Of a stretch of 64,000 nucleotides of DNA, positions 29,739-38,519 are shown one piece after another; the first letter of the stretch is position 1, and each line of letters opens with the position of its first letter. Under the pieces are notes generated by a model. The model was not told the DNA's origin. It searched no databases and worked only from the letters and a program-made list of their open reading frames with translations. The position numbers were made by a program, and so were the translations under genes. Source of the stretch: a virus (taxonomy: Duplodnaviria; Caudoviricetes); the IMG/VR virus record IMGVR_UViG_3300040751_002080, positions 1-64,000 of that record, one strand, 5' to 3'.

Positions 29739-31056
29739 CTTCTCCGTTTACAAACTTGTAGTTTTCAATATGTTCATTGAAATCTTGTTTCCATATTTTA
29801 TCTGTTTTTTCGATATACTTCATAAAATCAGTCCAATCAGATTTTTTTGCATCGTAGTTTAGAATATATTTCCTTATGTATTCAAGCCCGGCAACTGCAC
29901 TGGTGATATCTTGCCACATGTCATAGGGCTTTTCTATTCCAACAGTAAAATGACTTTTTAACATCCTAGACGAATCTACGTTCTCTCTTCTTTTTTTGTC
30001 TACACCAAATATAGCATTGCGTGTTTCTTCGATATCATTTAATATAGAGTTTCTATGCTTCAACAGCATCACACTTGGATTTAGATAATCAGGTGTATAC
30101 ACTATACTAACATTAATATAGTTGATGTCAAGTTCTAAAAAACTAAGAAATGAATCTTTTATTTCCATAAGCTGATATGTTCCTGTAGTATAGACTACAT
30201 TAATGTCGCAATGATTATTGTCAACTTGTTTAAAACGATTTATATTTTCTTTTAACTTTTGCCAATCACCTTGTCTAAAATATGGATATAGTCTAGGACC
30301 TGCATCTAAACTTATTTGAATGTTTACATCACCAAATAAGTTTAATAATCTGCTCAACTCAACTGCATCAAAGTCTGCATTGAAGTTGCTATGAAAAATG
30401 ATTTTCATATTTTCAGCGTTGGGATGATCGCCAAGTTTAGCTAATGTAGGAAAGAACTGTTTTTGGTACAACACTTCGCCGCCGGCAAAATCTACTCTTT
30501 CAAGATTTGGAAAGTTGGTGTTAAGATCTTCAACTATTTCTAAAGCACGAGCTGTGCTAATACTTATAGTGTAATCATCATCTGCATCCTGTCGATGCAT
30601 TTGTCCAGTTAGCTGTATTAGATTGTGTTTATAATCTTCGTCGTCAGGTGTGTATTTTTTTAACTTGGACATCCAACCGCTGCTGAATACTTGACTACAA
30701 TGCAAACAACTCATATTACAACTATGACTGAAACGCATTTCGATTGTTTTCAATCCTTCAAATGCTGTTTCACCAGTTTCGTGATTATAATATTGTAAAT
30801 CAACACCTTGTTCTTGACGCATACTCTTGCCTGCATTTGCTTGTTCAACATGCTCGCACATATTACAACCTTTGCACCAAGTTCCGCTCATTAGTTTTTT
30901 ACGATGATTTTTAAAGTTTTCATTATTGAAAAACTTGCTTGGCAGGTATTCCTCATCTAGCATTTGAAACTTTTCGTGTTGTGTAGGACAACTGGTTACA
31001 AATCCATTTTTAAAGTTGATTCCGCTTATAGCATAATAGCAATCTAAACTAGCCAA
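29722..31056 (-). CDS. Radical SAM protein with N-terminal twitch-like module
   Basis: DCYY..TSCP..CNMC, CNMSCLHC, AGGE. Confidence 0.87.
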   Translation of the reverse strand: MASLDCYYAISGINFKNGFVTSCPTQHEKFQMLDEEYLPSKFFNNENFKNHRKKLMSGTWCKGCNMCEHVEQANAGKSMRQEQGVDLQYYNHETGETAFEGLKTIEMRFSHSCNMSCLHCSQVFSSGWMSKLKKYTPDDEDYKHNLIQLTGQMHRQDADDDYTISISTARALEIVEDLNTNFPNLERVDFAGGEVLYQKQFFPTLAKLGDHPNAENMKIIFHSNFNADFDAVELSRLLNLFGDVNIQISLDAGPRLYPYFRQGDWQKLKENINRFKQVDNNHCDINVVYTTGTYQLMEIKDSFLSFLELDINYINVSIVYTPDYLNPSVMLLKHRNSILNDIEETRNAIFGVDKKRRENVDSSRMLKSHFTVGIEKPYDMWQDITSAVAGLEYIRKYILNYDAKKSDWTDFMKYIEKTDKIWKQDFNEHIENYKFVNGEVVRNV

Positions 31057-31918
31057 TGATTTTCTCCCATAGACTTTGCTTTGGTATATCTAACAAAAAT
31101 CCTTGTGCATTGTTTTTGCCCCATTCTTTTTCTTGACAGAAAAAACAGGTTCCGCATTCTGGAGGATATTTGGTTTTATAATCTTTTTCTATTTCAACTA
31201 AACTAATTTCGCAACTTCGTGTTAGCTTTAATAACGCTTCTAACTTGTAGTTTACATACTGTGCCATTGTATAGTTTTTTCTAAGAAGTCCAAATGGATT
31301 AATGCAGGATCCTGTAATAACCCAATCCCAGTTATCCTTAACAACTGTTTCATCTCGAAACTCAGGAGCTTGATCATTATCTATCGGAGGATTCATAGTT
31401 GTTCCGCTGTATACCCATTCGTAGTTATAAGATTTTATTAAATATTCTTGATAACTATGTGTTATCAACACATCGCATTTTGCCATTGAAGGTAATGTCA
31501 AGTTGGGTAGATTTAGATTTTTTAATGGCACAGTTTCAAATTCGTGTGGCAAGAATCCCCAATGCTGCATGCCAATGATATCTGGAAACTGTTTTTTTAG
31601 ATAACCAAATGCCTCTTCCGCCATTGGTTTTAGCCAAGGCTTTTGTTCCCAAAAACGTACCATTGTATATACATCTATTTTTGTTTTGAGCTTTTCTCTT
31701 TTAATAAGTGTGCATAACATATAAAGTAATAGGCTGCTATCGGCGCCGCCACTAAATGCTACTAATATTTTTTTTGCGTGTTTATCAAGATGTATAGGCA
31801 ATCCGTTTATCCTATAGACATTAGGATATCTACGATATTGCGTTTCATACTGCTTAATAAAATCTTGTTTTTTATAATTCAGTTCTAAGTAATCTAAATA
31901 CTTAAAATCATCCATCAA
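31049..31918 (-). CDS. QueC-like PP-loop ATPase
   Basis: FSGGADSS, NPF, TRSCE..CGTCFFCQEK. Confidence 0.75.
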   Translation of the reverse strand: MMDDFKYLDYLELNYKKQDFIKQYETQYRRYPNVYRINGLPIHLDKHAKKILVAFSGGADSSLLLYMLCTLIKREKLKTKIDVYTMVRFWEQKPWLKPMAEEAFGYLKKQFPDIIGMQHWGFLPHEFETVPLKNLNLPNLTLPSMAKCDVLITHSYQEYLIKSYNYEWVYSGTTMNPPIDNDQAPEFRDETVVKDNWDWVITGSCINPFGLLRKNYTMAQYVNYKLEALLKLTRSCEISLVEIEKDYKTKYPPECGTCFFCQEKEWGKNNAQGFLLDIPKQSLWEKIIG

Positions 31919-33305
31919 AAATATCCTTCATCTCAGGGAATGTTTCAGCAAATGTAATACCACGTTGTTTGTCGCATAGGGTTATAAACTCTTGCATTTC
32001 TGGCAGGCGCCTGCTCCAATCTTCTGATTCCATGAACTGTAGCATACCTTTAAGACGCTTGATACCATAAGGAGCAGCATCAAACATTGCTTTGGTCACC
32101 TTGCCTTTGTGCCAACTAGGTACACCTAGTTCCCAGTTAGCTTCCCACCATGGATAAAACTCTTCATACTTTTTACGCACTTCCGCTTTAAACCATTCTG
32201 GCAATACTTTAACATTTAGGTGCGGTGGATGGTATACAAAGTGATAGTTTACTCCGCCTGCACCAAATGGCCACATATTAATCTTTTTAAATTTTTGTTC
32301 TAGTTTCCAACGAATAAAATCTGGTATGTAATATATGTTTAATGCTTGTACTGCACATGCTACAGTGATTTCTACATTGTTACTTGTTTCGTTGTCAAGT
32401 ATATGAAATACTTCTTCTTGACGTTTCCAGTTACTTGGATAACGAATATAGTCATTCATCTCGTGTATACTATCTATTGAGTAATGAAAACGAACTACTT
32501 TAAACTCTTTCCATAGGTCAAACAAATCATCACGCCATTCAACGCCATTTGAGTTGTAGCGTAGTTCTAGATCTTTTGCATAGCCCATTTTAATAGCATG
32601 TTCAAGTATTTCGTAATGTTCTTCAATAATAAGACTTTCGCCGCCGGCAAAATAAATCTGTTGCATACTACCCATTTGATCATAGAACTGTTGCCAAAAT
32701 ACAGGATTTTGTTTGTGCCAGTTGTAGCTACTACCATTGGTGCTACCTTTGTCTTGCCACTGCATTGTCTCTTTGAGACTTTCGTTTTTTACTTCAGGAA
32801 AGATTGATTTATAATCTTTAATCCAGCCACTACTATCATGCGGACTACACATAACACAAGCAAGCTGACATTTGGTGCCAAAGCGTAAATCAATGTATGC
32901 TAAGTTAGGCGGTACTTCGCCATCTTCTGTAGTATCAGCAATCAGTTTGTCAACATCAGTACGCTGACTCCAATATGCTGTTTCCCACATACGTTTGCTA
33001 TTATGTCCTGCTGCTTCTTCTCTGTAGCACTTTAAACAACTTGGAGGCTTTTCGCCATTCATCATCTGCTTGCGTACATTTTTCATATACTTGCTGTTCC
33101 ACGCAGTTTGAAAATCTGTTACATTTAGGTTGTTTGGTTTGCCGTCATCTGTTTTAAGAATGCCAACTTGGCCGCCATGCTCTTTATCATTAGTAGCACC
33201 TACACTACTAGCGTTTGCTGTACAGCATACTCTCATACTGCCATCTGGTCTTGTACTTAGGTGTACCCACGGAAGAATACAAAAGGTGTCACTTACTTTG
33301 CTCAT
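31908..33305 (-). CDS. Radical SAM protein with N-terminal twitch-like module
   Basis: FCILPW..VCC..CLKC, CQLACVMC, AGGE. Confidence 0.9.
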   Translation of the reverse strand: MSKVSDTFCILPWVHLSTRPDGSMRVCCTANASSVGATNDKEHGGQVGILKTDDGKPNNLNVTDFQTAWNSKYMKNVRKQMMNGEKPPSCLKCYREEAAGHNSKRMWETAYWSQRTDVDKLIADTTEDGEVPPNLAYIDLRFGTKCQLACVMCSPHDSSGWIKDYKSIFPEVKNESLKETMQWQDKGSTNGSSYNWHKQNPVFWQQFYDQMGSMQQIYFAGGESLIIEEHYEILEHAIKMGYAKDLELRYNSNGVEWRDDLFDLWKEFKVVRFHYSIDSIHEMNDYIRYPSNWKRQEEVFHILDNETSNNVEITVACAVQALNIYYIPDFIRWKLEQKFKKINMWPFGAGGVNYHFVYHPPHLNVKVLPEWFKAEVRKKYEEFYPWWEANWELGVPSWHKGKVTKAMFDAAPYGIKRLKGMLQFMESEDWSRRLPEMQEFITLCDKQRGITFAETFPEMKDIFDG

Positions 33306-34366
33306 ACTGTACTTATGCCTTTATCTGCGTAGTTTATTTCATTATGATATGCTTTATTTTTTGCACATGTTCTAATACATCTACTGAGATGTAATGGATG
33401 ATTTGGTTGCCAACTTGCTGTTAATAAATCTTTATACCAAGGGTGTTGCATTATTTCTTCTTTGCTGTGTAACAGTAAACTATTCCAGCCAGGTTCAAAT
33501 CTGTTTAGTTTCTGCATTATACCTTCTCTGTTTTTAAATGCACTATCCCATAGAAAACAACACGGCCACATAGTTTGATCACTTGCTATAAATATTTCAC
33601 CTTCATGGATATACTTACATATAATACTGTCAACTACTTCTTTAGTTTTTTCGGCATCAGCTTTATGAGATTTATACTCAGTAATAAACTTATCCAAGTC
33701 TTTCATTATATCTTTTTTACTATGCTCTTTACTGCCTGTGGTTGTAATAACTTTTTGTTCCGTTTGTTTTTTAGTTTTTATTTTTGCAACCCAATCGTGA
33801 TAACTATTACGCATTCCAGTACGTGTAGCAAAATCAAATCCTAATACTGCGGCATGTGCTCTAGCAGTAACTAACTCTTGCTCATTGTGATCAAAAACTA
33901 TGTAGATCCATGTAGCATGACGTTGTGGTGCTGCTTCAGAAAATGCTATAATGTTGCGTTCTACAACACTCCATTTGGTGTTTACCCTATATATATGATT
34001 GGTGTTTTTGTGTCCGTCAATACAAAAATGTATATGCAACTTTCCTATATAAGTTGATGCAAGTTCGCCTAGTTGTTTCCACCATGCTGCGGTATTATAT
34101 CCACCGTTGGTACTATACTCACAATATGCACCTTGGCTAAGAAGGTATTCTGTCATAGCCAAACAATCAGGATTAACAATAGGATCTCCAAGAACTCCGC
34201 AAAACTTGAACTCTACTCCATTGTAATCTGCAGGAGGAAAAATACGTTGCAAATCTTGCAACGTAAATGCGTTTATTTGCAACAATTCTTTATTGAGTGT
34301 TCTTGCACACCCTGGACAAGCTGCATTACAATCGCTGGTTATTTCTAGTTCGACTTTTTTAATCAT
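33302..34366 (-). CDS. Radical SAM protein with C-terminal SPASM/twitch-like domain
   Basis: CNAACPGC, FCGVLGDP, STNGG, WPCC, CIRTC. Start moved to the ATG at 34366 (ATGA overlap). Confidence 0.88.
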   Translation of the reverse strand: MIKKVELEITSDCNAACPGCARTLNKELLQINAFTLQDLQRIFPPADYNGVEFKFCGVLGDPIVNPDCLAMTEYLLSQGAYCEYSTNGGYNTAAWWKQLGELASTYIGKLHIHFCIDGHKNTNHIYRVNTKWSVVERNIIAFSEAAPQRHATWIYIVFDHNEQELVTARAHAAVLGFDFATRTGMRNSYHDWVAKIKTKKQTEQKVITTTGSKEHSKKDIMKDLDKFITEYKSHKADAEKTKEVVDSIICKYIHEGEIFIASDQTMWPCCFLWDSAFKNREGIMQKLNRFEPGWNSLLLHSKEEIMQHPWYKDLLTASWQPNHPLHLSRCIRTCAKNKAYHNEINYADKGISTV

Positions 34367-35538
34367 ATTAAATCCACCAACTCTGGAAAAGTTTCTACAA
34401 AGTCGGTGTTCCTTTTTCGATCCCACATTTCTATTGTTTTTTTAAAGTTACGACGAAGGTTAGGATTATCATCTCGAATGTGTAGATAATCAAACAATCG
34501 ATGATTTTTTTGTAGACATTGTAGTTTGTTGTTTGCAACGTCTATCTGTTGATCATTTAGTAGCACTGGAGTATATGCAGTTGGACCGTGCCATGGTAAT
34601 AAAATCCAGTTGTTCATCTCAATGCCGTTGTCAATATACCATTGTTCTAGTGTATCTATAGTCAGTGCATTAAACAAGCTATAACTTGTTTGTACGTGTA
34701 CTTTTGCAACTTGTTTTATTCTGTTGTAGTTTTTTAACCATTTTTCTTCTACCAACGGATATCTAATGTATGTACCACGCTTGCCAAAATGATCATGACT
34801 GAATGTAATGTCAAAGTTTGTAAACTTGGATAGGTAATCATTTACAATATCTTTGCCTTTGTATGTACTCACGCTGCCATTTGTGTGAGATGTGATGTGT
34901 ATATCAAATATTTTATTGTCAATCAGTACATCAAATAGTTTGTAATACTGTTCTTGCATAAATGGCTCGCCACCGTTACAATGTATTGATTGTATTGTAT
35001 CTGCATGTTCTAAAATATATTCAATGATAGGATCTATATCGTTATTCCATTCACCGGATATATCAGTATGCCGTATATCTAAATCTCTTTGTATTTCTAT
35101 ATCGGTGTAGTTTTTTGCCCACGTACTACTAAGTTCAGATTCGCATCCTAAACATGCAAAGTTACAGTTATTACTTACAAGTAAATCAACAAAGATAGGT
35201 TTTTGATCTGTTAAATCAGTACTCATTACTTGTTTACTATAATGCATTGCCTTGTATGCATTTTCATTTGAAAACATTTGTACATTGTGTATGCTGCCAG
35301 TTTGATTGTAAAAACTACTACACGACCGACAGTTATTTTTTGGATAGTTTCCTTGTAAAAAATCCTGGCGAGTGAGCTTTGCAGATTTGCTGTTGTATAC
35401 ATTTTCAATAGAACTATAGTTGTAGTTGCCAAAACTATTGGTAGCTGCACAACACGGTTTTATAACGCCATCTTTTCCAAAATATATTTGGTTAAATGGT
35501 GCATAACAAAATGTTTTGTCTTTCCAATACGGTGTCAT
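34363..35538 (-). CDS. Radical SAM protein with N-terminal twitch-like module
   Basis: FCYAPF..PCC..CRSC, CNFACLGC, GGEP. Confidence 0.88.
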   Translation of the reverse strand: MTPYWKDKTFCYAPFNQIYFGKDGVIKPCCAATNSFGNYNYSSIENVYNSKSAKLTRQDFLQGNYPKNNCRSCSSFYNQTGSIHNVQMFSNENAYKAMHYSKQVMSTDLTDQKPIFVDLLVSNNCNFACLGCESELSSTWAKNYTDIEIQRDLDIRHTDISGEWNNDIDPIIEYILEHADTIQSIHCNGGEPFMQEQYYKLFDVLIDNKIFDIHITSHTNGSVSTYKGKDIVNDYLSKFTNFDITFSHDHFGKRGTYIRYPLVEEKWLKNYNRIKQVAKVHVQTSYSLFNALTIDTLEQWYIDNGIEMNNWILLPWHGPTAYTPVLLNDQQIDVANNKLQCLQKNHRLFDYLHIRDDNPNLRRNFKKTIEMWDRKRNTDFVETFPELVDLI

Positions 35539-36623
35539 TTGAACTGCTCTGCAAATGGATCAAACTCTTTGCCGCATTTCATACTGCATACTTTTAGTTT
35601 TCCATCGGCTATACTTTGTTTGTTCCAACTGTCTTGTATACTATCAAAAATGCCTGTATCAAACACTGCACGTAGCCCGTGTGTTTTAGCACTGATTGCA
35701 TCTTTGCCGCCAGCTGCATCAATAAAATCCCATACTTGTTCTTGCTTAGGGTCACTGTGCCACCATTTGTACATACGCCCAGCTGTCCAGCAACATGGCA
35801 TAGCAAGCCCTTCGGCAGTAATAAACAAGTTTCCTTCATCTTTTACTTTACAATGTATAGCAGCACGATCATAATAAGTATCCATGCTGCCATGCTTTTC
35901 TTTTACTTTGTCGTATGCTTCGAGTGCCTTGTTTAAATATTTGGCATCTGGTTTTTTAAGTTTAGCAGTTTGTTCACCTTTACGGTTTACTGCCTGGTGC
36001 GATTCTTTCTTTTCGCTTTGTGCTGTTACAAATCTGCCTGTTTTCTTTTTGATGAATCTTTCACAGCCCCATACATTAGCAAGTGCTTCTGCTTCTTCTA
36101 CCTGATGTTGATTATGTTCAAAGATTAAAAAGTCCCAACGTGCTCTGCCTCCGGCATCTATAAATGCTCTCATGTTGCGTTCTACATTATCCCAAACAAC
36201 ACCCTGACGATACAAATGATTAGTGTCACGTAACCCATCTACACTAAAGATAACTGCACCCATGCGTCCAAAAACACCAGCAAGTTCTTGCCACCACTCT
36301 GCACTCTTTGCGCCGGCGTTGGTATTCATACTCAACCACATTTTGCTGTTGTGTTCTCTAAAGTATTTGAATATTTCTAATGTATCTCGTGCAACAATCG
36401 GATCACCCAAGTTACCACACATATACATTGTGTTTAGTTGTGCAATAAACTCCGGTTCAAAAATACGTTTACAATCATCCAATGTTAGTTCGCTTAAATC
36501 AATGTGCGGATTTAATGCTCCGCCGTTCTGATTGCGATCACACATAGGACAACTGGCTTGACAGTTTTGCGTATTTTCCAAGTGTATGGTTTTAATATTT
36601 TCATATTTGTACATTATTGTCAA
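35535..36623 (-). CDS. Radical SAM protein with C-terminal SPASM/twitch-like domain
   Basis: CQASCPMC, MCGNLGDP, MPCCW, CSMKC. Start could be 36614. Confidence 0.88.
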   Translation of the reverse strand: MTIMYKYENIKTIHLENTQNCQASCPMCDRNQNGGALNPHIDLSELTLDDCKRIFEPEFIAQLNTMYMCGNLGDPIVARDTLEIFKYFREHNSKMWLSMNTNAGAKSAEWWQELAGVFGRMGAVIFSVDGLRDTNHLYRQGVVWDNVERNMRAFIDAGGRARWDFLIFEHNQHQVEEAEALANVWGCERFIKKKTGRFVTAQSEKKESHQAVNRKGEQTAKLKKPDAKYLNKALEAYDKVKEKHGSMDTYYDRAAIHCKVKDEGNLFITAEGLAMPCCWTAGRMYKWWHSDPKQEQVWDFIDAAGGKDAISAKTHGLRAVFDTGIFDSIQDSWNKQSIADGKLKVCSMKCGKEFDPFAEQFK

Positions 36624-37272
36624 TCCAGTTTTTAAAATGTTTAAATATTTTTTTATGTGTTTCTATTGGCAAATGATTATACAATCCATCTGATTGCTGT
36701 TCTGATAGGGGTGTATATAAAGTCTCCATGACTTTAGAAAAAATATGCACATTAGGACCTAATATAAATTCTTCTTTACCCCATGGATGATAATCATTGA
36801 AACAATATACAATAAGAACTTTTTTAAATTTAGGAGCAACTAAGTTTAACATTCCCAAAACTTTTTGATGTTCTATTTTGTCCCAGCTGTCTTTGCGATT
36901 TTTTATTGTTTGTTTGACAAAATCTTTATGGTTATGGTATTTTCTTTTTAGTTCGATTACCTCTTTTACTTCTAGAAGCCATTTATTAAATACTATGTCT
37001 ACTGAAAGAAATTGATGCCTAGGACTTTTCCAAAATTTCCAGTTTTGTCTATATATGTTAGAAACAAAAAATATCAATGATATGTTACTAGTATCAGTAT
37101 CATCCGGAATATTAACTAACTGTTCTAAAGACCAATCAGGACTTGTACCATCTAATGAATAGTTAACTACATTGTACTTTTTTTCTAACATTCTAGGCCA
37201 AGTTCTTACAGCGTTCGAATCCGGATGTCTATAAGAATAACTATCGCCAAATATCCAAACTGTTTCAGTCAT
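36601..37272 (-). CDS. SGNH/GDSL-like protein
   Basis: WIFGDSYS, NYSLDGTS, YNHLP. Confidence 0.65.
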   Translation of the reverse strand: MTETVWIFGDSYSYRHPDSNAVRTWPRMLEKKYNVVNYSLDGTSPDWSLEQLVNIPDDTDTSNISLIFFVSNIYRQNWKFWKSPRHQFLSVDIVFNKWLLEVKEVIELKRKYHNHKDFVKQTIKNRKDSWDKIEHQKVLGMLNLVAPKFKKVLIVYCFNDYHPWGKEEFILGPNVHIFSKVMETLYTPLSEQQSDGLYNHLPIETHKKIFKHFKNWIDNNVQI

Positions 37273-37489
37273 CTAATATCAACTTTACATCTTTACCAGG
37301 GCCAGAATTACTAGGTAGGTCGCCATACTCGTCAATGTACCAGGCAATGACAGCCTTATACCAGTTTTGACTGTTGTGGTGTGCTTGCTTGTTAAACTGC
37401 CAAATATTATTATTTGTAGCTTGTATTGTACTAAGAGCTCTTGCACTTTCTTTTTGAAGTTCTCTTACACTTAGTTCACTTATATCCAA
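37265..37489 (-). CDS. Small hypothetical protein (74 aa)
   Basis: Fills the gap between its neighbours with overlapping start and stop. No motif recognised. Confidence 0.7.
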   Translation of the reverse strand: MDISELSVRELQKESARALSTIQATNNNIWQFNKQAHHNSQNWYKAVIAWYIDEYGDLPSNSGPGKDVKLILDD

Positions 37490-38519
37490 TTCTCATAAAC
37501 CTTTTGTATTGCGGTAGTTCTAGTTCTCCGCTGTATAACTCTTCACCTAGTGGTACTTGTTTTGCAAAACTTTCAAGAGTTTCGTGACAGTTGACATGTT
37601 CTTTGATTTTAAAATAGTTGTTACTTTGCATTATTACTAGACTTCCGAATGTTATGTTATTGTACCAACTATCAAAGTTATTTATATGTTCACAGCTTGT
37701 GTTGATAACTGTATCTGGAACTGTCCACAATCTCTGAGTTGTTCCATCAGTTTTGTTTACATCATATATATGTTCATCAAACCGTATTTCGTGTATGTCT
37801 TCGGTACTAGCTTTAAACTTCCATTTTTCCTCTACCCACTTTTTATTAAATATTTCTGCTATTTTCCAAACATTTGGATCAACATCAAAACTTCGGATAT
37901 TTTCTATTTTTATTCCGCTTTCAAACAACATAGTAGCAAGAGTACCATACCATCCTGCACAAAGAAATACTTTACCTAGTTCTACATTACAGTTTTTAAG
38001 TTCATTTATTAACCAAAGTTTACTTTGTAGCTGACCTCTACTAAAACAATCTTCGTCTATTTCAATATTATTAGTTTGAAAGTTTTTAAATGCATCAACA
38101 AAATAGGTGCTGTCTCTATCTTTTAAGAGTCTAAATACACTCCATATATTATCATCCATTACAGCTTTTCTTAAATCTTCGTTTCCAACCAATCTAAAAA
38201 TACTATGCATATTATCTTCAAGAACTGCTTTTCTTAAATCTTCGTTGCCCGGAAGCAATCTAAATAAACTATGTAAGTTTTGTTCTAATACTGCTTTACG
38301 CAAGTCTTCAATGTCGCCGACAGCTCGTGTATTGTCTATACATCGAAAAATACTGTAAATATTTTTTGTTAAAATAGCACTACGTAAATCATCATTAGAC
38401 GTAAACTCTAATATAGAACTCAAATCAGAATCAATATATGCACGGCGTAAGTTTTTAAAATATTCATCTTGTGGATTTAATATTTCAAATCTATCTAATA
38501 GCTTATGTATTTCCATCAT
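37476..38519 (-). CDS. Putative class I SAM methyltransferase with N-terminal helical repeats
   Basis: CAGWYG (motif I-like), FDVDP, VINTSCEH, plus 21-aa repeats at the N-terminus. Confidence 0.65.
   Translation of the reverse strand: MMEIHKLLDRFEILNPQDEYFKNLRRAYIDSDLSSILEFTSNDDLRSAILTKNIYSIFRCIDNTRAVGDIEDLRKAVLEQNLHSLFRLLPGNEDLRKAVLEDNMHSIFRLVGNEDLRKAVMDDNIWSVFRLLKDRDSTYFVDAFKNFQTNNIEIDEDCFSRGQLQSKLWLINELKNCNVELGKVFLCAGWYGTLATMLFESGIKIENIRSFDVDPNVWKIAEIFNKKWVEEKWKFKASTEDIHEIRFDEHIYDVNKTDGTTQRLWTVPDTVINTSCEHINNFDSWYNNITFGSLVIMQSNNYFKIKEHVNCHETLESFAKQVPLGEELYSGELELPQYKRFMRIGYK
38124..38456 (-). repeat. Four to five tandem ~21-aa repeats (xEDLRKAVxxxNxxSxFRLx)
   Basis: Visible in the protein. 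The exact 20-nt repeat gcttttcttaaatcttcgtt occurs at 38164 and 38227 (63-nt spacing). Confidence 0.85.

Noticed and set aside
13140-31918. Canonical 7-deazaguanine (QueC/QueE) DNA-modification locus
   Set aside because: No FolE, QueD or DpdA-like gene is visible. The QueC-like and radical SAM genes are multiple and divergent. It cannot be excluded from outside the window.
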